A DNA stretch of 64,000 nt, from NCBI GenBank assembly GCA_040754095.1, contig JBFMFO010000002.1:73853-137852 (forward strand), written 5' to 3'. The stretch is from Thermodesulfobacteriota bacterium. GTDB lineage: Bacteria; Desulfobacterota; QYQD01. This document shows, piece by piece, positions 39,941 to 53,291 of this stretch (position 1 is its first letter; each line of letters starts with the position of its first letter). Position numbers and translations under genes: made by a program. Below the pieces are notes generated by a model, which was not told the DNA's origin, searched no databases, and saw only the letters and a program-made list of their open reading frames with translations.

Positions 39941-41044
39941 ATGAGTAAACCCCTTGTGGCTGAATATATTCAAAGCCTTGTTCCCTATCCGCCCGGCAAA
40001 CCGATCGAAGAATTGGAAAGGGAATACGGGATAAAAAACTCTATAAAACTGGCCTCAAACGAAAATGCTTTAGGCCCATCGCCAAAGGCGGTGGAGGCTA
40101 TCAATGCCGCCCTTGGCAAGTTGCACCGTTACCCGGACGGCAGCGGTTATTATCTGAAAAAGGGCTTAAGCGAAAAACTCGGTCTTAGTATGGAAAACAT
40201 CGTCCTCGGCAACGGCTCTAACGAGCTGATCGAGCTGATTGTGCGCACCTTTCTTAACCCCGGCGACGAGGCCATCAGCAGCGATCCCACCTTCCTGGTC
40301 TATAGAAAAATGGTGCAGGCCGTAGGCGGCCGAAATATGGTCGTGCCGCTGAAGGAAGGCAGCCATGACCTGGCCGGGATGGCAAAAGCGGTTACCGCCC
40401 GGACAAGGCTAATATTTCTAGACAATCCCAATAATCCCATGGGGACTGTAGTTGCAAAAAAAGCCTTTGAACAATTTCTAAAAGACATCCCGCCGGATGT
40501 GTTCGTGGTGGCCGACGAGGCCTATTATGACTTTGTTACCACGGATAGCGCCTTCTGCGGGCTGGATTACCTTGATTCCCCTTATCCGATCATAACATTA
40601 AGGACCTTCTCCAAGGCCTATGGCCTGGCCGGACTCCGTATCGGCTACGGGGTGATGAAAAAGGAACTCTCCGAATATATAAACCGCATCAGGCAGCCTT
40701 TTAATGTCAATGCCCTGGCCCAGGTGGGCGCCCTGGCGGCGCTGAATGATGAAGGGCATCTGGCCAAAACAAAGGAAATGGTCAGGGAAGGTCTTAATTA
40801 TCTTACAAATGAAGTCGAACGACTTGGTTACCGCTGTCTTCCCACCCAGACTAATTTTTTCCTCATAGACATAAAAACGGACGGCAAGGCGGTTTACGAG
40901 ACCCTCCTTCGCAAAGGGGTTATTGTAAGGCCCATGCATGCCTACAACCTGCCCGATTATATCCGTATAACCGTTGGCCTCCCGGCGGAAAACAAGCGAT
41001 TTCTGGGCGCATTTAAAGAGGTCATGGAATCCCGTGGCCGATGA
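39941..41044 (+). CDS. hisC: histidinol-phosphate aminotransferase
   Basis: Class II aminotransferase; PLP lysine context (RTFSKAYGLAGLRIGY). Confidence 0.9.
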   Translation: MSKPLVAEYIQSLVPYPPGKPIEELEREYGIKNSIKLASNENALGPSPKAVEAINAALGKLHRYPDGSGYYLKKGLSEKLGLSMENIVLGNGSNELIELIVRTFLNPGDEAISSDPTFLVYRKMVQAVGGRNMVVPLKEGSHDLAGMAKAVTARTRLIFLDNPNNPMGTVVAKKAFEQFLKDIPPDVFVVADEAYYDFVTTDSAFCGLDYLDSPYPIITLRTFSKAYGLAGLRIGYGVMKKELSEYINRIRQPFNVNALAQVGALAALNDEGHLAKTKEMVREGLNYLTNEVERLGYRCLPTQTNFFLIDIKTDGKAVYETLLRKGVIVRPMHAYNLPDYIRITVGLPAENKRFLGAFKEVMESRGR

Positions 41045-41060
41045 TAGGATCCCGAAGGGG

Positions 41061-41747
41061 TTGCTCATAACTATAGACGGGCCGGCCGGCGCAGGGAAAA
41101 GCACTGCGAGTAAGAAATTAGCCGATATTCTGGGGTATGTGTATCTGGACACCGGCGCCTTATACAGGGCCTTAGCGCTTGCTGCCCAAAAAAATAATCT
41201 TAACCCCGATAAAGGAGAAGACCTGGAAAGGCTGTGCCGCAAGCCCGCCATCGCCCTGACCTATAACGCCGGCAAACTAACGGTTATCATGGCCGGAGAG
41301 GATGTCAGTGAAGAAATCCGAGCCCCGGAGATCAGCATGCTTTCATCATATATCTCGGCCAAGCCGATGGTCAGAGAATCCTTGCTGGAGATGCAAAGGG
41401 ACATCGGTAAAAGGGGAGGCGTAGTGGCGGAAGGAAGAGATATGGGAACCGTGGTCTTCCCCGATGCCGATGTCAAATTTTATCTTGACGCTTCACCGGA
41501 AGAAAGGGCCTCAAGAAGGCACAAAGAACTACTGCAAAAAGGCAATAGCCCGGATTACAACCAGGTCTATAAGGAAATGTTAAAAAGAGACGCCAACGAC
41601 AGCAGCCGGGCCGTAGCCCCGTTAATACCTGCCCCGGATGCTATTTTTGTAGATAGCACAGATAAAAGCATAGATGAGGTAATTGCCTTCATGCTGGCCA
41701 AGATAGAAGAAGGGGAAAGGTCAAAATCTAAAGTTCATGGCTCATAG
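41061..41747 (+). CDS. cmk: cytidylate kinase
   Basis: ITIDGPAGAGKST P-loop at the N-terminus; start inferred at a TTG at 41061 (the six-frame ORF from 40974 overlaps hisC). Confidence 0.85.
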   Translation: MLITIDGPAGAGKSTASKKLADILGYVYLDTGALYRALALAAQKNNLNPDKGEDLERLCRKPAIALTYNAGKLTVIMAGEDVSEEIRAPEISMLSSYISAKPMVRESLLEMQRDIGKRGGVVAEGRDMGTVVFPDADVKFYLDASPEERASRRHKELLQKGNSPDYNQVYKEMLKRDANDSSRAVAPLIPAPDAIFVDSTDKSIDEVIAFMLAKIEEGERSKSKVHGS

Positions 41748-41837
41748 CTGATGGCTGAAATCTGATTGCTGAAAGCGTGAATCTGGAAACAGTAGTTTCC
41801 GGATGAACAAAGTTAGATATTAAATCCGTGAAACAGG

Positions 41838-41866
41838 TTGAACTTTCCGGCTCAATTTGTTATATA
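41838..41866 (+). promoter_or_regulatory. sigma-70-type promoter for rpsA (TTGAAC-17nt-TATATA)
   Basis: Near-consensus -35 and -10 hexamers with a 17-nt spacer, ~40 nt upstream of the rpsA RBS. Confidence 0.45.
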
Positions 41867-41906
41867 CTACACAATAGTTATTGAAAATAGGGAGAATTGT
41901 TGATTA

Positions 41907-43682
41907 ATGGACATGAAAAATCACACTACAACGGAAGAAATGTCGAAAACAGACCTGCTTAAGTCCGACAGCGAAGAGAATAAACAGGACACGGCCCATC
42001 GCAGCCAGGAGGCCGCCGAATCGCTGGAATTTAATAAACTTTATGAAGAGAGCCTGAAGACGATCCAAAAAGGTGAGATTTTTCAGGGCAAGATTATAAG
42101 TATTAACAGAGACTATGTGTTGGTTGACGTAGGCTGTAAGTCAGAGGGTCAGGTGCCTATTGAAGAATTCACAGACGAAGATGGTCAGGTGCAGGCCTCT
42201 GTCGGAGAAACAATAGATGTTTACCTGGAAAGGCGAGGCCGGGAGGATGGCTTATCCTTACTGTCTAAAAAACGGGCCGATAGAATCAAGTCCTGGGATA
42301 CCATCGAGCAAAACTTCAGCGAGGGTTCCAGTATAGAAGGCAAGATAGTGGGGAAGGTTAAGGGCGGCTTTAATGTAGATATCGGCATTAATGCATTTTT
42401 GCCCGCATCTCAAGCTGATCTACGGCCGATCAAGGACACGGAAAGTCTCATCGGCAATAAATATCGTTTCAGGATATTAAAAATAAACCGAGACCGCTCT
42501 AACGTCATTCTCTCACGGCGGGCCCTTTTAAACGAAGAAAGAAAGGCATTGAAAAACAAAACGCTTTCTACAATTGCGGAAGGACAAACAGTAGAAGGAA
42601 AGGTCAAAAATATCACTGACTACGGCATATTTGTCGATCTGGGAGGCATTGATGGCCTTTTACATATAACCGATATGTCCTGGGGGAGAGTAGAGCATCC
42701 CTCCAGTGTATATAGGCCCGGCGACGCCATAAAGGCAAAAATCCTCAGCGTTGACCGGGGAAACGAAAAGATTTCGCTGGGATTAAAACAGCTAATCTCT
42801 GATCCATGGGAATCAGTTACAGATAAATATCCGCCCGGTGCACGGGTTCAGGGAAGGGTAGTCAGCCTCGCCGAATATGGCGCCTTCGTGGAGTTGGAAG
42901 AAGGTGTGGAGGGTTTGGTACACATTTCAGAGATGTCGTGGAACAAAAAGATTCGCCATCCGCATCAAGTGCTGTCCATGGGCGACACTGTCGAGGTAAT
43001 GGTCCTGAATACTGATGCCAAGGCCAAACGCATTTCTCTGGGGTTAAAGCAGGTGAAACCTAACCCATGGGACGTTATAGCAGAAAAATATCCGGTAGGA
43101 ACGGTAATTGAAGGGAAGATCAAGAACATTACGGACTTCGGGATATTTATCGGTATAGAGGAAGAGATTGACGGCCTGATACATATCTCTGACCTTTCCT
43201 GGACGAAAAAGATTAAACATCCGGCCGAACTCTACAAAAAGGGGCAGCTTATTAAGGCCATTGTCCTGGGTATAGACAGCGAACATAAAAAATTCTCCCT
43301 TGGAGTCAAGCAATTGCAGCCCGATCCCTGGAGTAAGGTTTCCAGCGTCTATCCCGCAGGAACCAGGGTAACCGGCGCTATAACAAACATCACGGACTTC
43401 GGTATCTTTATCCAGTTAGAAGAAGGGATTGAAGGGTTGGTGCATGCATCTGAGGTCAGCCGGGATAAATCGAAGGATATACGTGAACTTTACAAGACGG
43501 GTGATATGGTTACTGCCCAAGTGATAAATATCTCACCGGAAAAAAAGAAGATTGGTTTATCCATAAAAAAACTGGAAATAGAAGAAGAGAAATCTTCCGC
43601 TAATGGCTATCTCGCCAAGGATGAAAACGCCACATCTACTCTGGGAGATCTTTTAAAGAGAGAACTCGCCAATAACCATTAA
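41907..43682 (+). CDS. rpsA: 30S ribosomal protein S1
   Basis: Six tandem S1 domains (repeated G-x-V-x-G-x-V-x-x-I-x-x-F-G-x-F-V); 591 aa. Confidence 0.9.
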   Translation: MDMKNHTTTEEMSKTDLLKSDSEENKQDTAHRSQEAAESLEFNKLYEESLKTIQKGEIFQGKIISINRDYVLVDVGCKSEGQVPIEEFTDEDGQVQASVGETIDVYLERRGREDGLSLLSKKRADRIKSWDTIEQNFSEGSSIEGKIVGKVKGGFNVDIGINAFLPASQADLRPIKDTESLIGNKYRFRILKINRDRSNVILSRRALLNEERKALKNKTLSTIAEGQTVEGKVKNITDYGIFVDLGGIDGLLHITDMSWGRVEHPSSVYRPGDAIKAKILSVDRGNEKISLGLKQLISDPWESVTDKYPPGARVQGRVVSLAEYGAFVELEEGVEGLVHISEMSWNKKIRHPHQVLSMGDTVEVMVLNTDAKAKRISLGLKQVKPNPWDVIAEKYPVGTVIEGKIKNITDFGIFIGIEEEIDGLIHISDLSWTKKIKHPAELYKKGQLIKAIVLGIDSEHKKFSLGVKQLQPDPWSKVSSVYPAGTRVTGAITNITDFGIFIQLEEGIEGLVHASEVSRDKSKDIRELYKTGDMVTAQVINISPEKKKIGLSIKKLEIEEEKSSANGYLAKDENATSTLGDLLKRELANNH

Positions 43683-43698
43683 TAAAACGCCATAAGAC

Positions 43699-44589
43699 AT
43701 GAAAAAGCATCCGATCTTATTCGGGCTAACCATTCTGGCCTCTATTTTTTTCGGACTCATTGTTATTGTTTTTATATTTGCCTGGATCGGCGACCAAGGG
43801 CATCTATTAACACCGGGCGAAAAGATAGGCATAGTTGAAATAAACGGGTTAATCACAGACTCTAAAGAAACCGTCCAGGACCTTTCGGCCTTACGTAAAA
43901 ATCCGCAGATTAAGGCCATTGTTGTCCGTATCGACAGTCCGGGCGGCATAGTGGGCGCTGCTCAGGAAATATATACTGAGGTAAAGAGGGCCGGCCAGGT
44001 AAAACCGGTGGTCGCCTCCTGCGGCTCTATAGCTGCCTCCGGCGGCTACTATATAGCGGTAGGGGCAAATAAGATCATAGCCAATCCCGGGACGATAACC
44101 GGCAGCATCGGCGTCATTATGAAGTTTGCCAACGCAGAGGAACTATTACGTAAAATCGGCCTGAAAGTAAGCTCTTTAAAAAGCGGCGAATTAAAGGACG
44201 CAGGCTCCCCAACCCGGGAAATGACGGCCAAAGAAAAGGCCATGGTTCAGGGAGTCATAGATGATGTACAATCCCAGTTTGTAGAAGTTGTGGCCAGCGG
44301 ACGCAAAATGCCTCAAGAAAAAATCCGGGGAATAGCCGATGGCCGGATATTCTCCGGCAGACAGGCCATGGAACTGGGCCTGATTGACAAACTCGGGAAT
44401 ATGGAAGAGGCCATAACCGCGGCCGGACAGATGGCGGGCCTTAAAGAAGAGCCCGAAGTGATATACCCCAAGAAAAAAGGAATATCCTTCTGGGAACTTA
44501 TCCTGGACACCACCTTTAGGGAGGGCGTTCTGGAGGGGCTTTTCTACATCCCCTACAAACTTTCTTTCGAGGCCGGATTAGGGGCTTAG
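43699..44589 (+). CDS. sppA: signal peptide peptidase SppA (36K type)
   Basis: N-terminal TM helix plus S49 peptidase domain (catalytic Ser in SIAASGGYY, Lys downstream). Confidence 0.85.
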   Translation: MKKHPILFGLTILASIFFGLIVIVFIFAWIGDQGHLLTPGEKIGIVEINGLITDSKETVQDLSALRKNPQIKAIVVRIDSPGGIVGAAQEIYTEVKRAGQVKPVVASCGSIAASGGYYIAVGANKIIANPGTITGSIGVIMKFANAEELLRKIGLKVSSLKSGELKDAGSPTREMTAKEKAMVQGVIDDVQSQFVEVVASGRKMPQEKIRGIADGRIFSGRQAMELGLIDKLGNMEEAITAAGQMAGLKEEPEVIYPKKKGISFWELILDTTFREGVLEGLFYIPYKLSFEAGLGA

Positions 44590-44657
44590 CTCCGCTTTGC
44601 TACGCAATTGGAATACTGGGATATGTGTGAAAAATAAATAACGGGCAGGTGTATCTT

Positions 44658-44936
44658 ATGGTTAAAAGCGATCTAATAAATCAACTAAGCGTACGGTTCC
44701 CTAAATATTACAAAAAAGACATACAGGTCATAGTGGATACCATCTTTGAGACCATGCAAAAATCTCTATCTCAAGGCAGGCGTGTAGAAATAAGAGGTTT
44801 TGGCACTTTTAATCCCCGGATGAGGAAGTCACGCCTAAGTAAAAATCCAAAGACCGGGGCGGCAATGGAATTAAAGGCCAGGAGAACAGTCCTCTTCAAG
44901 ATGGGTAGAGAACTTAAAAAGTCCTTAGCTGAATAG
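44658..44936 (+). CDS. ihfB: integration host factor beta subunit / HU-family DNA-binding protein
   Basis: MVKSDLINQL...RVEIRGFGTF...NPKTG HU/IHF fold signature; sits downstream of rpsA as in many proteobacteria. Confidence 0.7.
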   Translation: MVKSDLINQLSVRFPKYYKKDIQVIVDTIFETMQKSLSQGRRVEIRGFGTFNPRMRKSRLSKNPKTGAAMELKARRTVLFKMGRELKKSLAE

Positions 44937-45536
44937 GCCGATACCTCCCTTCCCTGCGCGTATTATTTCCGGGCTGTCATCAATAAGCGAAACTACTGTA
45001 GAAGGCTCAGGATACAGTATTCCCCCATCAACAACCAAGTTCAAAGAAGGCCCTAATTTTTCTTCTATCTCTTCAGGGTCTCCGGTCATTATCTGAGAAT
45101 CTCCTACAGCAGCGCTGGTGCTGACAATAGGATGCCCCAATGCCCGTACTATAGCCAGACAAACGGTATGGTCAGGAACTCTGATCCCAACCGTTCTGCG
45201 GCGGGTAAGCATTAATTTTGGCACCAGACCAGACCCCTCCAGGATAAATGTATAGGGCCCGGGCAGCAGCTTTCTCATAATCTTATAGGCAAAGTTGGAA
45301 ACGTGGGCATATTCGCTGATATTCTTAAGGTCGGCGCAGATAAAACTAAAGGGCTTATGCCTTGGCCTCTGTTTTATCTGGTAAATCTTCTCTATAGCCT
45401 TTTTATTAAAAATATCACAACCTATCCCATATACAGTATCAGTCGGATAAGCAATAATCCCGCCGGAACGGAGCACTTCTACTATCCGGTTAATTAATCT
45501 GGGTTGGGGATTGACAGTGTTAACGGAAATAATCAA
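44925..45536 (-). CDS. tsaC: L-threonylcarbamoyladenylate synthase (YrdC/TsaC)
   Basis: YrdC-like domain (GGIIAYPTDTVYGIGCD); 203 aa. Confidence 0.85.
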   Translation of the reverse strand: MIISVNTVNPQPRLINRIVEVLRSGGIIAYPTDTVYGIGCDIFNKKAIEKIYQIKQRPRHKPFSFICADLKNISEYAHVSNFAYKIMRKLLPGPYTFILEGSGLVPKLMLTRRRTVGIRVPDHTVCLAIVRALGHPIVSTSAAVGDSQIMTGDPEEIEEKLGPSLNLVVDGGILYPEPSTVVSLIDDSPEIIRAGKGGIGLFS

Positions 45537-45614
45537 AAGGTATCAGCCTCCCTTTCCTTTTGTCTGTGAATATAGTAATATATAAAACTCAATGTCAAGC
45601 CCAGCCCTGTCTCC

Positions 45615-48028
<2,414 letters not shown>

Positions 48029-48034
48029 AAATGC

Positions 48035-48117
48035 GTAACCGTTCACCGTTGTTAGTTCACTGTTCACCGAAAAAAGATATTCAGGTTTTTACGGACAACG
48101 ATTAATTGATAACGGCA
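48035..48117 (+). repeat. CCGTT-rich hairpin repeat, family D copy 2
   Basis: gtaaccgttcaccgttgttagttcactgttcaccgaaaaaag...tacggacaacgattaattgataacggcaaat; same motif order as 9972-10038. Confidence 0.6.
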
Positions 48118-48223
48118 AATGGATAGTTCCGGGTGCGACCAGAAGTCTCAGCAAGTCTCCAGGGGTCGGACGGGGACGGATGCTGTTCTACAAGGAGAAA
48201 TCAAAAGTAAGGTCTATGCGATC

Positions 48224-49786
48224 ATGAAAGATAATATTCATGCCGAAAAAATACTGATTCTGGATTTTGGTTCGCAATATACCCAGCTTATTGCCAGGCG
48301 CATCCGCGAAAACAAGGTTTATTGCGAGATTCACCCCTTTAACCTGTCGTTAGCCGCGATCCGCGCCTTCCAGCCGAAGGGTATTATACTCTCCGGAGGG
48401 CCGTCCTCGGTCTATGACAAGGGCGCCCCCATAAGCACACCGGAAATCTATAATCTTGGCGTACCGGTACTGGGCATCTGTTATGGTATGCAGCTTATGG
48501 CCCATCAATCAGGCGGAAAGGTGGCGCATGCCATAAAGCGGGAATACGGTCATGCCGATCTCTTAATCGACGATGCCAGAGACCTGTTTTACGGCCTGGA
48601 ATCGGGCCCGGAGAAGACCTGCCGGGTGTGGATGAGCCATGGGGACAAGGTTAACCGCCTCCCGGCCGGATTCGCGCCTGTCGCCCACACTACGCACTCC
48701 CCTATTGCCGCCCTGCGGCACAGGGAAAAGCCTCTATTCGGGGTGCAATTCCATCCCGAGGTAGTGCACACCTCCATCGGAAACCATATCCTGAAAAACT
48801 TCATAATCCGCATCTGTAAGATCAAACCGCGCTGGACCATGAAGTCCTTTATTGAGACCACAGTGGAGGCCATTAGAGAAAAGGTCGGCCCGGATCGGGC
48901 TATTTGCGGCCTCAGCGGCGGCGTGGACTCTTCAGTAGTAGCCGTGCTCATGCATAAGGCCATCGGCCCGCAGCTTACCTGTATCTTTGTAAATAATGGG
49001 ATGCTCCGGAAGGGCGAGCCGGAAAGCGTCCGCAATCTCTTTACGCGGCACTATAAGATCAAACTCGCCGATATTGACGCCTCAGGGTATTTCCTTAAAC
49101 AACTCAAAGGGGTCGTTGATCCTGAGGTCAAGAGGCATATCATAGGTCACGGCTTCATACATATCTTCGAGAAGGAGGCCCGGCGCATAGGCAAAGTCAA
49201 GTACCTGGCCCAGGGCACACTGTACCCGGATGTTATTGAAAGCGTTTCCTTTAAAGGCCCTTCCGCCGTAATCAAGACCCATCATAATGTGGGCGGCCTG
49301 CCGGAAATCATGAAACTTGAACTCATTGAACCCCTCCGGGAACTATTCAAGGATGAAGTGCGCAAGGTCGGCCTGGAGCTGGGCATGCCAAAGGATATCG
49401 TCTATCGGCAGCCGTTTCCCGGACCGGGGCTGGCCATCCGTATCCTTGGTGAGGTAACCGCAGAAAGGCTGGCTATCCTGCGGGAGGCAGATGCCATCGT
49501 CCTCGGAGAGATGAAAAAGGCCGGTTTGTACCGAAAGGTATGGCAGTCCTTTGCTGTCCTCTTACCTATCAAGACGGTGGGAGTTATGGGCGACCAGAGG
49601 ACGTATGAGCATGTCATAGCCCTCCGGGTGGTGGACAGCCTTGATGCCATGACTGCCGATTGGAGCCGGATACCCTACGACCTCCTCGGCGCTATATCCA
49701 ATCGCATCATTAATGAGGTAACGGGTATAAACCGCGTAGTTTACGACATCTCTTCCAAGCCGCCCAGCACTATAGAATGGGAATAG
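48224..49786 (+). CDS. guaA: GMP synthase (glutamine-hydrolysing)
   Basis: [17 protein letters not shown] GATase N-terminus, catalytic Cys in GICYGMQ, ATP-PPase SGGVDSSV; start taken at the ATG at 48224. Confidence 0.95.
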   Translation: MKDNIHAEKILILDFGSQYTQLIARRIRENKVYCEIHPFNLSLAAIRAFQPKGIILSGGPSSVYDKGAPISTPEIYNLGVPVLGICYGMQLMAHQSGGKVAHAIKREYGHADLLIDDARDLFYGLESGPEKTCRVWMSHGDKVNRLPAGFAPVAHTTHSPIAALRHREKPLFGVQFHPEVVHTSIGNHILKNFIIRICKIKPRWTMKSFIETTVEAIREKVGPDRAICGLSGGVDSSVVAVLMHKAIGPQLTCIFVNNGMLRKGEPESVRNLFTRHYKIKLADIDASGYFLKQLKGVVDPEVKRHIIGHGFIHIFEKEARRIGKVKYLAQGTLYPDVIESVSFKGPSAVIKTHHNVGGLPEIMKLELIEPLRELFKDEVRKVGLELGMPKDIVYRQPFPGPGLAIRILGEVTAERLAILREADAIVLGEMKKAGLYRKVWQSFAVLLPIKTVGVMGDQRTYEHVIALRVVDSLDAMTADWSRIPYDLLGAISNRIINEVTGINRVVYDISSKPPSTIEWE

Positions 49787-49806
49787 GATAATAATATTAG
49801 TGTATC

Positions 49807-52800
49807 ATGGAACGTGCCAATTTTATCCATCTGCATGTCCATACCGAATACAGCCTCCTGGACGGCGCCATCCGCCTGAAGGATCTGTTCCGCACGGCCA
49901 AGGAATATGGGATGCCGGCCATAGCCATGACCGATCACGGCAACATGTTCGGCGCAGTTGAGTTCTATGAGACAGCCCGCAAAAACGATATAAAACCCAT
50001 CATCGGCTGCGAGGTCTATGTAGCGCCCAGAAATCGTTCGGATAAAACCGCGCGGGGAAACGAAGAGACCGCCTTTCACCTGGTCCTCCTGGCCCAGAAC
50101 CGGGAGGGATACAAAAACCTCTGCCGGCTGGTAACCGCCGCATACTTTGAGGGCTTTTACTACAAGCCGCGCATCGATAAAGAACTCCTGGAAAAATATA
50201 ACGCCGGACTTATCGCCATGAGCTCCTGCCTGCATGGCGAGATACCTTTTGCCCTCCTTCACGAAGGCGAAAAGGCCGCCCTGGAAAAAACCGCTGCATA
50301 CGCCCGCATCTTTCCGGATCGCTTTTACTTAGAACTGCAGGAAAACGGCATAGCCGAACAGAAGACGGTTAACAGCGGCCTTAAGGTGATCGCCGATCGC
50401 CTCTCCCTCCCCCTGGTAGCTACCAATGACTGCCACTATCTGCGCCGGGAAGACGCCCGCATCCATGACGTCCTCCTCTGTGTGCAGACCGGAAAGACCG
50501 TAGGGGATCAGAACCGGATGAGATTCTCTACCGACCAGCTTTACCTGCGCGCGCCGGCCGAGATGGAGTCGCTTTTTTCCGATACCCCGGAGGCCTTACA
50601 AAATACGGTAGAAATTGCCCGGCGTTGCAATCTGGAACTCGAACTGGGGGAATATCATTTTCCCGTCTATCCTGTGCCGGAGGGAGAAACGCTCGACAGC
50701 AAACTGACAGAGGAAGCCGAAAAGGGGCTTAAAGAACGGCTTGAGGCCATAACCCGGAAGGAAGGGCCGGATAAAAAAAGAGAGGCGGTTTACCGGGAGA
50801 GACTGGCCTACGAGCTGGACGTTATCCGGCAGATGGGTTTTCCCGGTTATTTTCTCATCGTATCCGATTTTATCAACTACGCCAAGAAGAAGGACGTCCC
50901 GGTCGGTCCGGGCCGCGGTTCGGCCGCCGGCAGCCTGGTGGCCTATGCCTTACGCATCACGGACATTGACCCCTTGCCCTATAACCTCCTCTTTGAACGC
51001 TTCCTGAACCTCGAAAGACGCAGCATGCCGGACATCGACGTCGATTTCTGCAAGGACAGAAGGGAAGAGGTCCTGGAATACATATCACAAAAATACGGAG
51101 GCAAGGACTACACGGCCCAGATCATAACCTTTGGTAAGATGCAGGCCCGGGCCGTGATACGGGATGTGGGACGGGCCATGGACATGCCTTACGGCGAGGT
51201 GGACCGGATAGCCAAGCTGATCCCCAATCAACTGAATATAAGACTGGAAGAGGCCCTGGAAAAAGAGGTGCGGCTCAGGGAATTGGCCGAACAGGACCCC
51301 AGGGTGAAAGACCTGATTACGGTCTCTATAGCCCTGGAGGGACTGCCGCGGCACGCCTCTACCCACGCGGCGGGCGTGGTCATCTCGGATAGACCCATAG
51401 TGGAATATCTGCCGCTCTATCGGGGTCCCAAGGGTGAAGTCCTCACCCAATACCCCATGAAGGCCGTGGACAAGATCGGCCTGGTCAAATTTGATCTCCT
51501 GGGCTTGAAGAACCTGACTATCATCCGTCATGCCCAGGAATTGATTCAAAAAAAATATAATGAGGCCTTTGACCTCGGTCAGATACCCCTGGATGACAAA
51601 GAAACCTATGAGCTCCTTTCCCGCGGAGACACAACCGGCGTCTTCCAGCTTGAAAGCGCAGGGATGAAAGAATTGCTTGTCAAGATGAAACCCCAGACCT
51701 TTACAGACCTCATCGCCTCCGTGGCCCTCTACCGTCCGGGACCGCTGGAAAGCGGCATGGTCGATGACTTCGTAAAGGGGAAACACGGCCAGATCGAGGT
51801 AAGTTATCCCGTACCCCGGTTGGAAGAGATACTCAAAGAGACTTACGGGGTCATCGTTTATCAGGAACAGGTCATGCAGATCGCCGGAACCCTGGCCAGC
51901 TACTCCATGGGTGACGCCGATGTCCTGCGGGCGGCTATGGGAAAGAAGATACCGGAAATAATGGCCGCGCAGAGGGAAAAGTTCGTCACCGGCGCCGTAA
52001 AAAACAGCGTCCCCAGGAAAAAGGCGGAAAAACTCTTTGACCTCATGGAAAAATTCGGCGGTTACGGCTTCAATAAGTCCCATAGCACGGCCTATGCCCT
52101 TATCGCCTATCAGACCGCCTATCTCAAGGCCCATTATCCCCTGCCCTTTATGGCTGCCCTGCTTACCAGCGACATGGACTCCACGGATAACGTGGTTAAA
52201 CATATAGCAGAGTGTCGTGAGCATGGGATTGAAATCCTGCCGCCGGACATCAATGAAAGCGACAGCGACTTCAGCGTGGTTAAAGGCAAGATTCGTTTTG
52301 GTCTGGCCGCCGTAAAGAATGTGGGGATGGGGGCCATTGAATCCATAATCGCCGCCCGGGCCCAGGAAGGCCCGTTCACCGCCCTGGAAAACTTTTGTCT
52401 CAGAGTTGACCTGCGGCGGGTCAACCGCCGGGTGACGGAAAGCCTGATAAAAGCCGGGGCCTTTGATTCTATGGGCGCCAAGCGCGCCCAGCTTTTTGCT
52501 ATCCAGGATGACGCGATAGAACTGGCCCAAAGCAGGCAGCGTCAAAAGGAATCCGGCCAAATGTCTATATTCAGCGAAAAGACCCTTCCGGATACCGGTT
52601 CACTCATCACTCTGCCTATCATGGAAGAGTGGCCTCGAGACCAGTTACTAAATTTTGAGAAGGAGGCGCTGGGCCTCTACATAAGCGAGCACCCCCTTAA
52701 CGGATACACCCGGGAAATGGAAAAGCTGGCCACGACCGATACTGTTCAGGTCGCTACCCTCCCGGAGGGTAAAGAAGTTACCCTGGCGGGCATGGTCAGG

Positions 52801-53289
52801 AACATAAAAGAGATAAGCACCAGAAAGGGTGAACGGATGGCATTCCTTTCTTTGGAAGACCTTCAGGGGGTGGTTGAAATAGTAGTTTTTGCGGATACTT
52901 ACCGTGACTGCCAGGATCTACTTAAAAGCGATAAGCCCTTACTGGTAAAAGGTAAGATCGCCGGCGATGAAAGAGGGTCTAAGATAATAGCGTCTGAGGT
53001 TTTAGCTCTAAGCCAGGCACTGGAAAAAAGTGTCGCCGCATTGGATGTGCGGCTTTCCCTGGTGGGATTAACGCCGGAAAAGATTGCAGGGTTAAAGAAT
53101 ATAGTCGAGGGGCACAAGGGTCATTGCCCATTGTTTCTCCATTTTAATCTCCCCGGCAAGGGCGAAGTGATTATAAGTCTCCCATCCGCGCTTAAGGTCG
53201 CCCCTTCTGCCGGGTTTATAAAGGAGATCGAGGCCTTTTTGGGCTATCCGGCCGTTCAAAACTCCCAGATTAACGGTGCATCCAGCTAG
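49807..53289 (+). CDS. dnaE: DNA polymerase III alpha subunit
   Basis: PHP domain (FIHLHVHTEYSLLDG), polymerase core, OB fold; 1160 aa. Confidence 0.95.
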   Translation: MERANFIHLHVHTEYSLLDGAIRLKDLFRTAKEYGMPAIAMTDHGNMFGAVEFYETARKNDIKPIIGCEVYVAPRNRSDKTARGNEETAFHLVLLAQNREGYKNLCRLVTAAYFEGFYYKPRIDKELLEKYNAGLIAMSSCLHGEIPFALLHEGEKAALEKTAAYARIFPDRFYLELQENGIAEQKTVNSGLKVIADRLSLPLVATNDCHYLRREDARIHDVLLCVQTGKTVGDQNRMRFSTDQLYLRAPAEMESLFSDTPEALQNTVEIARRCNLELELGEYHFPVYPVPEGETLDSKLTEEAEKGLKERLEAITRKEGPDKKREAVYRERLAYELDVIRQMGFPGYFLIVSDFINYAKKKDVPVGPGRGSAAGSLVAYALRITDIDPLPYNLLFERFLNLERRSMPDIDVDFCKDRREEVLEYISQKYGGKDYTAQIITFGKMQARAVIRDVGRAMDMPYGEVDRIAKLIPNQLNIRLEEALEKEVRLRELAEQDPRVKDLITVSIALEGLPRHASTHAAGVVISDRPIVEYLPLYRGPKGEVLTQYPMKAVDKIGLVKFDLLGLKNLTIIRHAQELIQKKYNEAFDLGQIPLDDKETYELLSRGDTTGVFQLESAGMKELLVKMKPQTFTDLIASVALYRPGPLESGMVDDFVKGKHGQIEVSYPVPRLEEILKETYGVIVYQEQVMQIAGTLASYSMGDADVLRAAMGKKIPEIMAAQREKFVTGAVKNSVPRKKAEKLFDLMEKFGGYGFNKSHSTAYALIAYQTAYLKAHYPLPFMAALLTSDMDSTDNVVKHIAECREHGIEILPPDINESDSDFSVVKGKIRFGLAAVKNVGMGAIESIIAARAQEGPFTALENFCLRVDLRRVNRRVTESLIKAGAFDSMGAKRAQLFAIQDDAIELAQSRQRQKESGQMSIFSEKTLPDTGSLITLPIMEEWPRDQLLNFEKEALGLYISEHPLNGYTREMEKLATTDTVQVATLPEGKEVTLAGMVRNIKEISTRKGERMAFLSLEDLQGVVEIVVFADTYRDCQDLLKSDKPLLVKGKIAGDERGSKIIASEVLALSQALEKSVAALDVRLSLVGLTPEKIAGLKNIVEGHKGHCPLFLHFNLPGKGEVIISLPSALKVAPSAGFIKEIEAFLGYPAVQNSQINGASS

Positions 53290-53291
53290 TT

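Noticed and set aside
39880-39945. Possible histidine leader peptide upstream of hisC (MSHITSGGNNE)
   Set aside because: It has only one His codon and no run of His codons, and there is no attenuator terminator/antiterminator pair. It overlaps the hisC start, so it is more likely an accident of frame.
51085-52560. 491-aa ORF on the minus strand
   Set aside because: It is entirely antisense to the well-supported dnaE coding region. Long antisense ORFs are expected in GC-rich, codon-biased genes, and it shows no recognisable motifs.
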